Source: an uncultured Lachnospiraceae bacterium
GTDB lineage: Bacteria > Bacillota > Clostridia > Lachnospirales > Lachnospiraceae
DNA: 64,000 nt
Assembly (NCBI GenBank): GCA_964579795.1
Contig: CAZOHM010000012.1
Location: 244 to 64,243, forward strand
Direction of reading: 5' to 3'
Of this stretch, positions 36,373 to 46,501 are shown piece after piece (position 1 is the first letter of the stretch; every line of letters starts with the position of its first letter). The position numbers were made by a program, and so were the translations under genes. The notes under the pieces were generated by a model, which did not search any database, was not told the origin of the DNA, and was given only the letters and a program-made list of their open reading frames with translations.

Positions 36373-37291
36373 TAATTATACTTTGCTCACTATTCCTCAT
36401 CGCAGGAAGTACACGTACAATTGCATTGGCCAGTGAACTGACATAGGCAACCTTCTTATAGGGAGCCAGCTGTTCGGCGGTCAAACCATAAGTCTCACAG
36501 ACTTCCTCCACGTTATCCATATGATGCAGCTTGCATGAACGTATTATTTCCATCAAGTCATATGCCTTCTGCTTCTCCATTCCATAGTCTCCAATCAGTT
36601 CATGATATATTTCCTCGCGATATCGATATCCGCAATTCTGTTCCAACGCACATTCTCCGGCATAGGACAGACAGGTCTCTCTATGATTATGAAGCTGTCC
36701 ATATCTCTCCCAATAGTTTTCTGAGGATATGAACGTTTCCTTGGACATAAATTCTATTCTGGGGTGACGATTTCTATTCGGACCAAATATATAATCAATA
36801 TCCAGATCAAACCCATCTGCTAATATCATCGCTCCGCAGTCGGGACAGTTTTTCACCGGCAAGTCCGCACCAAACACATTCTTTGGTCCCAGTGCAAAAA
36901 AACCACAGTGTTGGCAGTAGTAATGAGCCTGCAGTGGATTTGGACCGTCTGGATTCATCAAATAAAGCAGATAAGACCCCGAAGTCACACCTGAAGGAAG
37001 CATTGTATATTTTCCTTTTAGCGAATGCCTGCCAAGAACACCAAAAGCGCAGAACTCATCCAGATTTTTTAAATCTCGTGCGATCTCCAGTTCCTCCCGA
37101 TATCTTTCTTTCACTAAATAAGGCATATTCTTTGGATATAAAATCTCCATCTGTTTTTCACAAATCGCTTGAATTGTCCTTAACATTTCTTTTCTATTTT
37201 CCTTATCCCTTCTATATTTTTCTTCGTATGCCCTTCTGAGTTTGTAGCTTTTATTGTCACTATTACTTACTTCTGTTATGGATTCATCCAT
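36359..37291 (-). CDS. PolC-derived mini-protein: PHP zinc-finger module plus thumb-proximal helices, no catalytic core
   Basis: 310 aa from ATG 37291 (7 nt after GGAGG). Collinear matches, from my memory of Bacillus PolC, include LVKERYREELEIA; GSYLLYLMNPDGPNPLQAHYYCQHCGFF..GADLPVKNCPDCG; DGFDLDIDYIFGPNRNRHPRIEF; YREEIYHELIGDYGMEKQKAYDLMEIIRS; and YKKVAYVSSLANAIVRV. Confidence 0.6.
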   Translation of the reverse strand: MDESITEVSNSDNKSYKLRRAYEEKYRRDKENRKEMLRTIQAICEKQMEILYPKNMPYLVKERYREELEIARDLKNLDEFCAFGVLGRHSLKGKYTMLPSGVTSGSYLLYLMNPDGPNPLQAHYYCQHCGFFALGPKNVFGADLPVKNCPDCGAMILADGFDLDIDYIFGPNRNRHPRIEFMSKETFISSENYWERYGQLHNHRETCLSYAGECALEQNCGYRYREEIYHELIGDYGMEKQKAYDLMEIIRSCKLHHMDNVEEVCETYGLTAEQLAPYKKVAYVSSLANAIVRVLPAMRNSEQSIINAGN

Positions 37292-37415
37292 TCTCATTCC
37301 TCCTCGATTATTTGATTCGTAGTGTTTTTTCTTTATATACAACTACTTTACAACTAAATTCTAACCTATCAACATGACACCATATGTCCATGTTATCATT
37401 TTTTTACAATTACAA

Positions 37416-37459
37416 AAGCTGCCTACCAGAATGCATTTTCTGCATCTGACAGACAGCTT
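37416..37459 (-). terminator. Rho-independent terminator of the GH3 operon
   Basis: Long imperfect hairpin AAGCTG..CAGATGCA-loop-TGCATTCTG..CAGCTT, followed on the minus strand by TTTGTAATT. Confidence 0.7.
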
Positions 37460-37485
37460 AATTGATTTTAGCTTACTGTAATATT

Positions 37486-39630
37486 TTATAGCTTTAATTT
37501 AAGTTCCAGTGGCTTAACTCCTCCTAATGTTACACTCACTTCATCTGGCTGACTTATGCCAACGTATAATTTAAATTCATCACTGTCAAGAATATACTTA
37601 CCGTCATTATTTACTGACAGTAATGCTTTTGACGGTATTTTCAGGAAGAATTGTCTTTCCTCACCGGCTTCTAATGCAATACGCTTAAACGCACAAAGAC
37701 TATGGTTTTTGACAGCATATTTGGATTTCAGATTTTTTATATAGATCTGTACTACTTCCTCTATCCGGCATGCACCTGTGTTTTTGATTTTTCCTGTCAC
37801 TTCTATCTGTCCCTGATAAAGCTGGTCAGAATTCTTTGCAAGTTCTCTGACTTGTTCCTCATCCATAAGCTTTGCGTCTGACAAAGAAGCTTTTCCATAT
37901 GTCAGTCCAAACCCAAACGGATATTGTGCCTTTCCTGCTATATATCGATAGGTTCTTCCTGCCATACTGTAATTCTCGAATGCAGGAAGTTCCTCCAATG
38001 AATTATAGAAGGTTATCGGCAGCTTTCCAGATGGAGATACATTCCCAAACAGTATATTGGCAACTGCTTTTCCTCCGTCTGCGCCTGGATACCATGCCTG
38101 CAGAATTGCTTTTACGTTATTGCTTTCTTTTGCAAGCGACAAGTCCATTGCGCTGCCTGTCATATTGACAAGAATCACCGGTTTCCCTATCTCAGCTATT
38201 GCTCGAAGAAGCTTCATCTGAGATTTTGGAAGCTTCAGGTCAGCCTTATCTCCGGATGCATAGCTGTTTCCGGTATCGCCTTCCTCACCCTCCAGTGTCT
38301 CATTCAGACCAAGGCAAAGCACAACCACATCTGACTGTTTTGTAATATACGAGGCTTCAGAAATACGATCATCCGGCCATGCCAGATGTTCAACACGGTC
38401 CTTGTACAAATGAGAACCTTCTGAATATAGTATGCGAACATCCTCGTCCGCTTCCTCCTGTATTCCCTCCAATACTGTCTTATATCTTGAAGAAGTTCCA
38501 TGATAATTTCCAATCAGAGCTTCTCGGCTATTTGCGTTTGGACCAATCACCGCAATTGTCTTAAGCTTCTTCTTATTAAGCGGCAGAATCCCATCATTTT
38601 TCAAAAGAACGATTGCCTTTTCTGCGACTTCCAGTGCAAGTTTTCGATGAGGCAGACTTTCTACCTCGTCATAAGAAATTTTATCATATTCGTTTGAATC
38701 AAACATTCCAAGCATAAATCTCGTTGTAAACAGTCTGACGGCTGCCATCGTAATCTGATCTTCTGTCACAAGGTTTTCCTGATATGCTTTTAACATGTGA
38801 AGATATGTATTTCCACAGTTCAGATCACAGCCTTTTTCCAATGCAAGTGCAGCAGATTCTGCCGGTGTTTTTGTTATCATATGGTGCTCATGAAAATCTC
38901 TGATTGCCCAGCAGTCTGACACATAGTGACCCTCGAACTTCCAATCCTTACGCAGAATATCATCCATCAATGTCTTACTTGCACAGCACGGTTCTCCGTT
39001 TGTACGATTGTACGCACCCATGACAGCTTCTACTTTACCTTCTTTTACACATGCCTCGAATGCAGGTAAATATGTTTCAAATAAGTCCTTCTTGCTTACT
39101 TGTGCATCAAACTCATGTCTGACTGCCTCTGGTCCAGAGTGAACTGCAAAATGCTTTGCGCATGATGCTGTTTTTAGATAATCGCCATCACCCTGCAGAC
39201 CTTTCACAAATGCAACACCGAGTCTGCTCGTCAGATACGGATCCTCACCATAGGTTTCATGACCTCTTCCCCATCTGGGATCACGGAAAATATTTACATT
39301 TGGTGACCACATTGTAAGTCCCTTATAAATATCTCTGTCATTTTCTGATACTTCCGCATTATATTTGGCCCTGGCCTCTGTAGAAACAACATCTGCAACT
39401 TTCTGAAGTATTTCCTCATCAAATACTGCAGCCAGTCCTATTGCTTGTGGAAATACTGTGGCTGTTCCGCTTCTTGCTACACCGTGAAGACCCTCGTTCC
39501 ACCAGTTGTATGCGGGTACACCCAGCCGTTCAATTGCCGATGCGTCATATTTTAATTGAGAAGCTTTCTCTTCCAGTGTCATTCTGGCTACAAGCTCTTC
39601 AGCTCTTTTTTTGGCTTCTTTTCTCTCCAT
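37486..39630 (-). CDS. Glycoside hydrolase family 3 beta-glucosidase/beta-xylosidase
   Basis: 714 aa. MTLEEKASQL ... NWWNEGLHGV ... FRDPRWGRGHETYGEDP ... SDCWAI motifs of GH3, plus a C-terminal Fn3-like domain. Confidence 0.9.
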   Translation of the reverse strand: MERKEAKKRAEELVARMTLEEKASQLKYDASAIERLGVPAYNWWNEGLHGVARSGTATVFPQAIGLAAVFDEEILQKVADVVSTEARAKYNAEVSENDRDIYKGLTMWSPNVNIFRDPRWGRGHETYGEDPYLTSRLGVAFVKGLQGDGDYLKTASCAKHFAVHSGPEAVRHEFDAQVSKKDLFETYLPAFEACVKEGKVEAVMGAYNRTNGEPCCASKTLMDDILRKDWKFEGHYVSDCWAIRDFHEHHMITKTPAESAALALEKGCDLNCGNTYLHMLKAYQENLVTEDQITMAAVRLFTTRFMLGMFDSNEYDKISYDEVESLPHRKLALEVAEKAIVLLKNDGILPLNKKKLKTIAVIGPNANSREALIGNYHGTSSRYKTVLEGIQEEADEDVRILYSEGSHLYKDRVEHLAWPDDRISEASYITKQSDVVVLCLGLNETLEGEEGDTGNSYASGDKADLKLPKSQMKLLRAIAEIGKPVILVNMTGSAMDLSLAKESNNVKAILQAWYPGADGGKAVANILFGNVSPSGKLPITFYNSLEELPAFENYSMAGRTYRYIAGKAQYPFGFGLTYGKASLSDAKLMDEEQVRELAKNSDQLYQGQIEVTGKIKNTGACRIEEVVQIYIKNLKSKYAVKNHSLCAFKRIALEAGEERQFFLKIPSKALLSVNNDGKYILDSDEFKLYVGISQPDEVSVTLGGVKPLELKLKL

Positions 39631-39652
39631 AATTTCCTCGCTTTACTTTATG

Positions 39653-40489
39653 TCAACCCTTTACGGCACCTGCTGTCAAACCATCAACAATCTGATTACT
39701 GAATACGCAGTAAACAATAATGGTTGGTAATATTGCTATCATAATTGCTGCAAACATTTGTACATAATTTGTATTGTATGGTCCTACAAATTTTGATAGA
39801 GAAACAGGCAGTGTCTTCTTTAAATCATCTGAAATAAATACCATGGCAAGCAGCAGCTCATTCCAGTTAGCTACAAATGTCATCAGTCCTGTTACAAATA
39901 AACCTGTTTTTGACAAAGGCATTGCAATTCTGATAAAACTCTGATATATGGAGCATCCATCAATACATGCTGCTTCAAACATTTCATTTGGCATATTGCG
40001 GAAAAAACCTGTCATAATAAAAATCGTTGTCGGAAGTGACATCGCCATATATGGAAGAATCAAACCAAGAAGATTATTATACAGTCCAAATTTTGAAAAT
40101 GTTTTGAACAACGGAATCAAAATACAATGAATTGGAATCATCATTCCTGTCAGGAAAAACATCATGATGAATCCAGAAAGCTTCCATTTCATACGTCCGA
40201 TTGCAAATGAAGCCATAGAACCAATAATCATTGTCAAAATCAATGTAACTCCACATACGATTGCAGAATTCAGTGTTGCAATACCAAGCCTTCCTGCAGT
40301 CCATGCAAATATATAGTTACCAAGCTGTACTACTTCCGGCATCGCAAATGGCGATTTAAAAATTTCTGCGTTTGTTTTGATTGATACAGAAAACATCCAT
40401 ACAAGTGGTGCCAGATAGATTATTGCCATAATTATCAAAAAAGTATAAATTAATACTTTATATACAATTGATTTTCCATTTCCTTTCAT
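39653..40489 (-). CDS. Carbohydrate ABC transporter permease (CUT1, MalG-like)
   Basis: 278 aa, 6 TM, with EAA-type loop EAACIDGCSIYQSFIRIAMPL. Confidence 0.9.
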   Translation of the reverse strand: MKGNGKSIVYKVLIYTFLIIMAIIYLAPLVWMFSVSIKTNAEIFKSPFAMPEVVQLGNYIFAWTAGRLGIATLNSAIVCGVTLILTMIIGSMASFAIGRMKWKLSGFIMMFFLTGMMIPIHCILIPLFKTFSKFGLYNNLLGLILPYMAMSLPTTIFIMTGFFRNMPNEMFEAACIDGCSIYQSFIRIAMPLSKTGLFVTGLMTFVANWNELLLAMVFISDDLKKTLPVSLSKFVGPYNTNYVQMFAAIMIAILPTIIVYCVFSNQIVDGLTAGAVKG

Positions 40490-40500
40490 CTCGACACCCC

Positions 40501-41388
40501 TTATGCATCCATATTTTCTTCTTTTACAAATTTATTTATTAGAAAAGTAACTACAAGGCACAGAACAAGCAAAACAATACCTATAGCACTTGCATATCCA
40601 TATTTATTATATTTAAAGCCCTGCATATACAGATGCGTTGCCAGAACCTCCGTCTGGTGATTTGGACCGGCCTCTGTCATATTATAAACAAGATCAAAAA
40701 ATTTCAGTGCACCAATGCAATTCAAAGACATTGCTGTTGCCATCATTGGCTTAAGTAATGGCAGTGTTACATAACGAAATGCTCTAACTTTTGTCGCACC
40801 ATCTATATATGCTGCTTCAAACAACGATTTATCTATACTGGAAATCTGCGCCATGTACAGCATCATTGACTGACCAACATATTGCCACAATGCAACAAAT
40901 GCAATTACCTTCATTGGAAGAGAAATATAATCTTTTACATCCATCAGCCACAAAGGACCTTGTATTCCCCACATCGCAAGAATTTGGTTCACACCAAGCT
41001 TTGTACTGAAAATGAACATCCACAGTAAACCAAGTGCTGCAGAAGACAATACACACGGTAGATAGTAAATGTTTTTAAATAAGTTCCTGCCTTTTTCAAT
41101 ATTGGTAAGGAGTCCGGCAAGAATAAGTCCAACAATCAACTGAGAAATAACTGAAAAAAGCATAAAGAAAATTGAATTTTTTAATGCAATTCTCATTGTT
41201 TTATCAGTTGTAAACAACTTAATATAGTTTTTTGCTCCAACAAAAACCGGTTTTGTCAATGCATCCCAATCGCAAAGAGAATAATAGACCGACTGACAAA
41301 TCGGAATAAACAACACAAGTGTAAATAAAATAATTCCCGGTGCAACGAAAATGCATATGGCCTTTTTGTCTCGTAATAACCTATCCAT
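40501..41388 (-). CDS. Carbohydrate ABC transporter permease (CUT1, MalF-like)
   Basis: 295 aa, 6 TM, with EAA-type loop EAAYIDGATKVRAFRYVTLPLL. Confidence 0.9.
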   Translation of the reverse strand: MDRLLRDKKAICIFVAPGIILFTLVLFIPICQSVYYSLCDWDALTKPVFVGAKNYIKLFTTDKTMRIALKNSIFFMLFSVISQLIVGLILAGLLTNIEKGRNLFKNIYYLPCVLSSAALGLLWMFIFSTKLGVNQILAMWGIQGPLWLMDVKDYISLPMKVIAFVALWQYVGQSMMLYMAQISSIDKSLFEAAYIDGATKVRAFRYVTLPLLKPMMATAMSLNCIGALKFFDLVYNMTEAGPNHQTEVLATHLYMQGFKYNKYGYASAIGIVLLVLCLVVTFLINKFVKEENMDA

Positions 41389-41498
41389 ACTATTCCTCCA
41401 AGCAATCTGTTTTCCATCTGATTTATAGATTATACGGGATTAGCACAATGTGCCAATCCCGTGCGATCTATATTTTCTGTTTCATTAATTATATGGTT

Positions 41499-42884
41499 TT
41501 ACTTATTCCATACATTTTCTTTATAGAAATCTTCTATTATCTGTAAGCCTTCTTCTACAGTTGCATTTCCAAGATAAATGGAAACCATAGCATCATCAAA
41601 TGTTGAACCAGCTTCTGTAGATGCAAGAGACTCATTGTAGAAACCAAATGTACCTGAAGCTTTTCCAAATACATCCATTACGTAAGACAACTGCTTTGGA
41701 GCTTTGTCATAATCAATATCTACCGCTGTTACAGGAATCTTTCCGCCAACTTCTGCTGTATACTTCTGAGCTGTATCATCTGTAAAGTATTTCATGAAAG
41801 CAATACATGCATCCGGATACTTTGTAGCAGAGCTCATAGCAAGACTATCTGATTTTGCAATGATTCTGTTAGGGTCGTTTCCACCATCAATACCTGGGAA
41901 CTGGAATACGCCACATTTGTCTTCAAAATCCGGATTTGCACCATTAATCTGACCAATTGCCCATGAACCCTGGATTAACATAGCTGCTTCTCCGTTATAG
42001 AAGTTTGCTGTTGCAACATCATTTGTATCACCAGCTGCTGTGGCCTGGAAGTACTTGGAAATTTCCACCATCTTATTTGCTGCGTCAGAAAATGGCTGAT
42101 CCAGCCATGAACCTGTTCCATCAGCAATCTTTGTAAGATCTGCACCTTCTCTATCGCAAAGATAACCAGCTAACATTGATAAGCACCATGCTGTACCTGC
42201 ACTGATTGTAATAGGTGTATAGCCTGCGTCAGAAAGCTTTTGGCATGCGTCAAGCATTTCTGTCCAGTTAGTAGGAACTTCAACGCCCGCTTTATCAAAC
42301 ATCTCTGTATTATAGAATACACATGCTGCTGCAATATTCAAAGGAACTGCATATATTTTTCCATCATATGTCTGCTGTGTAAATACACCGTCACCATTAA
42401 ATGTATCCTTCCAGCCATCTGCTGCCAGATAATCTGTCAAGTCAGCTGTTACGCCAGGATCTACATATGTTGTCAGGTTTGGTCCCGGGCTGACAATAAA
42501 TACATCCGGTGTCTGATTTGATGCAACCAATGCATTCAGCTTTGAATAATACTCTTCAAGGTTTGTTGTAATAGGTGTTACATGATATACACCTTCATAA
42601 TCCTTATTGAATCTCTCAACTGTATCTTTGTAACCAAGTGAAATCAAATCCTCTGTTGCCTCTAAATCATCCCAGAACATCCATGTGATTTCCTGAACAT
42701 CACCACTTGCTGCTGTATCCGTTGCTTCTGCTGCAGTGTCATCTGCTGGCGCAGCCTCTTCTGTTTTTGTATCTGCTGCCGGTGCTGATGCTGCACCTGT
42801 TTCTGTAGATACGCCACATCCAGCAAGTAGGCTGACTGTCATTGTCATGCTGAGACATACTGCCAAAACCTTTTTCAACTTCAT
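41499..42884 (-). CDS. Extracellular solute-binding lipoprotein (CUT1 oligosaccharide type)
   Basis: 461 aa. Lipobox LLAGCG followed by an Ala/Thr/Asp-rich linker and an SBP_bac_1-like body. Confidence 0.88.
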   Translation of the reverse strand: MKLKKVLAVCLSMTMTVSLLAGCGVSTETGAASAPAADTKTEEAAPADDTAAEATDTAASGDVQEITWMFWDDLEATEDLISLGYKDTVERFNKDYEGVYHVTPITTNLEEYYSKLNALVASNQTPDVFIVSPGPNLTTYVDPGVTADLTDYLAADGWKDTFNGDGVFTQQTYDGKIYAVPLNIAAACVFYNTEMFDKAGVEVPTNWTEMLDACQKLSDAGYTPITISAGTAWCLSMLAGYLCDREGADLTKIADGTGSWLDQPFSDAANKMVEISKYFQATAAGDTNDVATANFYNGEAAMLIQGSWAIGQINGANPDFEDKCGVFQFPGIDGGNDPNRIIAKSDSLAMSSATKYPDACIAFMKYFTDDTAQKYTAEVGGKIPVTAVDIDYDKAPKQLSYVMDVFGKASGTFGFYNESLASTEAGSTFDDAMVSIYLGNATVEEGLQIIEDFYKENVWNK

Positions 42885-43240
42885 AACTCATCCTCCTAAT
42901 CAAAATTTGTAGAAATATTTTTTGGTATAGTTATCATAATTCAAATGCTAATCCCATTTCTATACAATAATTGCTTTATGGTTATCAAATATTGCTATTT
43001 GTTTTCACTTTTTATCATTTAAGCAACACAATATTGTCTATATTATATATGTTTATTCATTTGTAATTGTACATATTGTATATTTTAAATTCGAATATTG
43101 CAAATCAAGAATAATTAATGTATAGTTTTATTAGTAAATAATACATTTTTGTTTGCAAAATAATAGCACGAATTATGATGTTTTCTCGAATATAGTGTTT
43201 AATTATGAGAATTGCATTCACAAATGGAAATGAGGTTCCT

Positions 43241-44098
43241 ATGATAAAGATTCTAAATGGTATTCACGAGACAGTCAGCTTTGAAGATGATTCCGCTCTG
43301 ATGCTTTATGACAATGTAGAATACGAGGAATATCCAATGCACTGGCATACACCGGTAGAAATTGTTATGCCTCTGGAAAATGACTATCATATTGAATGCA
43401 ACGATATTCTCTTTCATTTACGTGTAGGCGATATTATTATCATTGCTCCCGGTGTCCTACACAGACTTTATGCTGAGCATGGCAGACGTATTATTTTTCA
43501 GGCGGATATGAACTTATTAAATTCCTTTAAGGATTTTGAATCATTTTTTTCATTTATGCAGCCTGCAGCTGTGATTACGCCTGAGGACTTTCCGACAATT
43601 CACGATGACGCAGTCAAATTATTTATGGAAATTAAAAATGAATATTTCAGTAATGCACCTTTGCGTGAAGCTGCTATTTGTTCAAAGCTACTTCAAATTC
43701 TTGTCATGGTAAGCCGTCTCTATACGTCCTTTCCTGACAAGTTCTCAGACATTAAACCAAATAAGCAGCAGGAGTATATCGAGACCTTCATTAACGTGTG
43801 TGACTATATCAATCAGCACTGCACAGAAGATTTGACTTTGGAAGGGGTTGCAGACATGGCCGGCTTTTCAAAATATCATTTTAGCCGGTTATTTAAAGAA
43901 TTTTCAAACATCTCATTTTATAAGTATTTGAACAACAGACGGATTGCTTACGCAGAAAAACTGCTGCTTGACCCTGAAATCAATGTCATGGAAGCAGCAG
44001 TTCGTTCCGGTTTTAACAGTATTTCTGCTTTTATGCGTATGTTCAAAATAGTAAAGAACTGTACACCAACAGAATTTCGAAACATGTATAAGCTATAG
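43241..44098 (+). CDS. AraC-family transcriptional regulator (cupin sensor plus HTH)
   Basis: N-terminal cupin (HWHTPVEIVMPLE ... IIIIAPGVLH) and C-terminal HTH (GFSKYHFSRLFKE ... GFNSISAFMRMFK). ATG at 43241 lies 5 nt after GAGG. Confidence 0.88.
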   Translation: MIKILNGIHETVSFEDDSALMLYDNVEYEEYPMHWHTPVEIVMPLENDYHIECNDILFHLRVGDIIIIAPGVLHRLYAEHGRRIIFQADMNLLNSFKDFESFFSFMQPAAVITPEDFPTIHDDAVKLFMEIKNEYFSNAPLREAAICSKLLQILVMVSRLYTSFPDKFSDIKPNKQQEYIETFINVCDYINQHCTEDLTLEGVADMAGFSKYHFSRLFKEFSNISFYKYLNNRRIAYAEKLLLDPEINVMEAAVRSGFNSISAFMRMFKIVKNCTPTEFRNMYKL

Positions 44099-44103
44099 TA
44101 TTT

Positions 44104-44907
44104 TCAAATCTTTTTCGTTTCTCCGGGGCAGACAGATATAATTCCTTTGTCTGTTTTCATAAATACTTCTACGGCGGACGGATTATAAACACAATCTCTG
44201 TCTGCTGTAGAAATCAATGAGCGATATGCAGTGACATAATCCTTAATTTCTATATTTGTCGCATACCAGACATCATCCAGGCCACTGATTGATTTGCAGA
44301 ACTTATCCATCATATCCCATGTCTGCTCACGTTCAAATTCGAAGCTGTGCCCCCATACATAAAATAGCAGCAAATTCCGATATGGTGCCGGATGAAGGAA
44401 GTCCTCAATAATCGACAATGCCTTATTGTGATGACAGGACGGATGCCAGCGCATGAAATCCGTAGGTATCTGGAAGCCCATTGTATTCTCCACTGTACGT
44501 GAGTACTCCATTCCAAGCCGGGTAGCTGTTTCTATCAGCTGCTGCGAATACTCTCCATACGGATATGACATTCCACGTACAGGATAGCCTGCCAAACGCT
44601 CCAAACTACACTTATCCTCCCATATTTCTGACACTACCTGTTCCTTTGACAGCTGTGAAAAATATGGGTGTGTCACTCCATGACAGGAAATCTCATGTCC
44701 TTCAAAAAGCTCCTCCAGCTCATCCGACAGCAAAAATTCATCTATTTCATTCCTCATACCCAATGTCCCAGAATTCAAATGAAATGTTGCCTTCAGCTTG
44801 TAACGGTCAAATAAATCCACGAGGCGTCGATCATATATCTGTCCATCATCATAACTTAATGTGAATGCCTTTTTCTTTCCTTGCGGAAAACAAATTTCAT
44901 AATTCAT
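44104..44907 (-). CDS. Polysaccharide deacetylase family protein (CE4)
   Basis: AFTLSYDDG and CHGVTH motifs. ATG at 44907 lies 8 nt after GGAGA, 13 nt after the PPK2 stop. Confidence 0.85.
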   Translation of the reverse strand: MNYEICFPQGKKKAFTLSYDDGQIYDRRLVDLFDRYKLKATFHLNSGTLGMRNEIDEFLLSDELEELFEGHEISCHGVTHPYFSQLSKEQVVSEIWEDKCSLERLAGYPVRGMSYPYGEYSQQLIETATRLGMEYSRTVENTMGFQIPTDFMRWHPSCHHNKALSIIEDFLHPAPYRNLLLFYVWGHSFEFEREQTWDMMDKFCKSISGLDDVWYATNIEIKDYVTAYRSLISTADRDCVYNPSAVEVFMKTDKGIISVCPGETKKI

Positions 44908-44920
44908 TGTCTTATCTCCA

Positions 44921-46405
44921 TTATTTTTCTTTAAGTCTTGCCTCGATCGCATCTACAACCGTCTCAAGTACTTTGATTCTTGCATAGTATTTATCATTTC
45001 CTTCTACAATAATCCACGGTGCATACGTAGTGGATGTCCGAATCAGCATCTCATCAACAGCCTGCTCATACAAATCCCACTTTTCTCTGTTTCTCCAGTC
45101 CTCATCTGTAATTTTCCATGTCTTATCCGGCGTATTCTGTCGCTCTGTAAATCTGCGTTTCTGTTCTTCTTTATCAATCTGCATCCAGAACTTTAATACA
45201 ACTGCTCCATGATTGTACAGCTGCTTTTCCATATCATTCATCTCTTTGTATGCCCGCTCCCAATCTCTCGTTGCACAAAATCCTTCTATTCTTTCTACCA
45301 TGACTCTTCCATACCAAGTCCGGTCAAATATCGCTATATGACCATCCTTTGGCATCTTTGTCCAGAATCTCCACAAATAATGATGAACTTTTTCTATATC
45401 ATTCGGTGCAGCAGTCGGATTTACTGTGTAGCCACGCGGATCCAATGCACCTGTCAAACGCTTTATGGCACCGCCTTTTCCGCCCGCATCCCAGCCTTCA
45501 AAAGCAAGTACTACAGGAATTCTCCTTGTATACAACTCATTATGAAGCTTTGATAATTTTTTCTGCAGCTTTTCAAGCTTTTCTGTATATTCTTCCTTTG
45601 TCAGTGATTTTGATAAATCCACATGATTTAATGAGCTTGTAATGTAGGTGCCTTCTGTAAATTTCCCGAATACAATCGGCTTTTGAGCGTTAGCAAGCTC
45701 ATTCAGCTTGTCTTTAAAACGCTGCTCTACTATTGACAGTACCTTGATTGCCGCATATTTCTCCTGCTCTGCCTCTACAATTGTCCATGGTGCATCACTC
45801 GTATCTGTCTTTTGCAGCATCATATCATGCAGCTGCAGAAATTTATCATAGTGACGGTTTCTGTCCAAATCTCCCTCGGAAACACGCCAGCTTGTCTCTT
45901 TATTACTAAGAAGCTCTTTAAATCTGCTCTTCTGCTCCTTTTCAGAAATATACATAAAAAACTTGATTAACAGTACACCATCATCCGTCAGGGCCTTCTC
46001 AAATGAATTGATTTCTTCATAAGAAGCATCCATATCCTTCTTTGGTGTTAAACCGTCATAACGGTCAATCAACACCTTTCTGTACCAGCTCCTGTCGTAA
46101 ATTGCGATTCGACCCTTCTCAGGTATTTTCGTCCAGAAGCGCCAGAGAAATGGATGCATCTCTTCCTCCTCCGTCTCTTTGCCTGTTGCAAATACATCAA
46201 AACCTCTCGGATCCAGTGGAAGAATCAGCTTGTTGATTACCTCACCTTTTCCGGCGCCGCCAAGTCCTTCAAATACAATCATGACCGGTACTTTCTTTTC
46301 ACGAAGCTCTCTTTGCAGCTTGGCTAAGGATATCTCCAGTCCATCCTTTCTGCGCTTATATTCCTCTTTATCTAATTTTTTTGATAGATCAACTTTCTCC
46401 AGCAT
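44921..46405 (-). CDS. Two-domain polyphosphate kinase 2 family protein (polyphosphate:AMP phosphotransferase-like)
   Basis: Two tandem PPK2 repeats, each with a G(L/W)(G/D)(G/A)(A/G)GKG P-loop (FEGLGGAGKG, FEGWDAGGKGG) and a RFWTK motif. ATG at 46405 is preferred because the longer track ORF translates a terminator hairpin. Confidence 0.85.
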   Translation of the reverse strand: MLEKVDLSKKLDKEEYKRRKDGLEISLAKLQRELREKKVPVMIVFEGLGGAGKGEVINKLILPLDPRGFDVFATGKETEEEEMHPFLWRFWTKIPEKGRIAIYDRSWYRKVLIDRYDGLTPKKDMDASYEEINSFEKALTDDGVLLIKFFMYISEKEQKSRFKELLSNKETSWRVSEGDLDRNRHYDKFLQLHDMMLQKTDTSDAPWTIVEAEQEKYAAIKVLSIVEQRFKDKLNELANAQKPIVFGKFTEGTYITSSLNHVDLSKSLTKEEYTEKLEKLQKKLSKLHNELYTRRIPVVLAFEGWDAGGKGGAIKRLTGALDPRGYTVNPTAAPNDIEKVHHYLWRFWTKMPKDGHIAIFDRTWYGRVMVERIEGFCATRDWERAYKEMNDMEKQLYNHGAVVLKFWMQIDKEEQKRRFTERQNTPDKTWKITDEDWRNREKWDLYEQAVDEMLIRTSTTYAPWIIVEGNDKYYARIKVLETVVDAIEARLKEK

Positions 46406-46435
46406 AACCTTATACCTCGCTTTCTCCTGTAAAGT

Positions 46436-46469
46436 AAAAAACCTGTTATGTATAGTATAACAGGTTTTT
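46436..46469. terminator. Bidirectional terminator hairpin ACCTGTTAT-N7-ATAACAGGT with flanking A/T runs
   Basis: 9-bp perfect stem, with T-runs on both strands. Lies 31 nt upstream of the PPK2 start and about 220 nt downstream of the oxidoreductase stop. Confidence 0.75.
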
Positions 46470-46501
46470 ACAAATATTAATATGATTTCATCAAAATCAC
46501 T

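Noticed and set aside
42885-43240. Recurring ATATTG(T/C) motifs in the AraC/ABC divergent promoter region as AraC direct-repeat sites
   Set aside because: The hexamer is short and the region is extremely AT-rich. The spacing is irregular (about 43, 41 and 22 nt). I cannot distinguish this from chance without comparative data.
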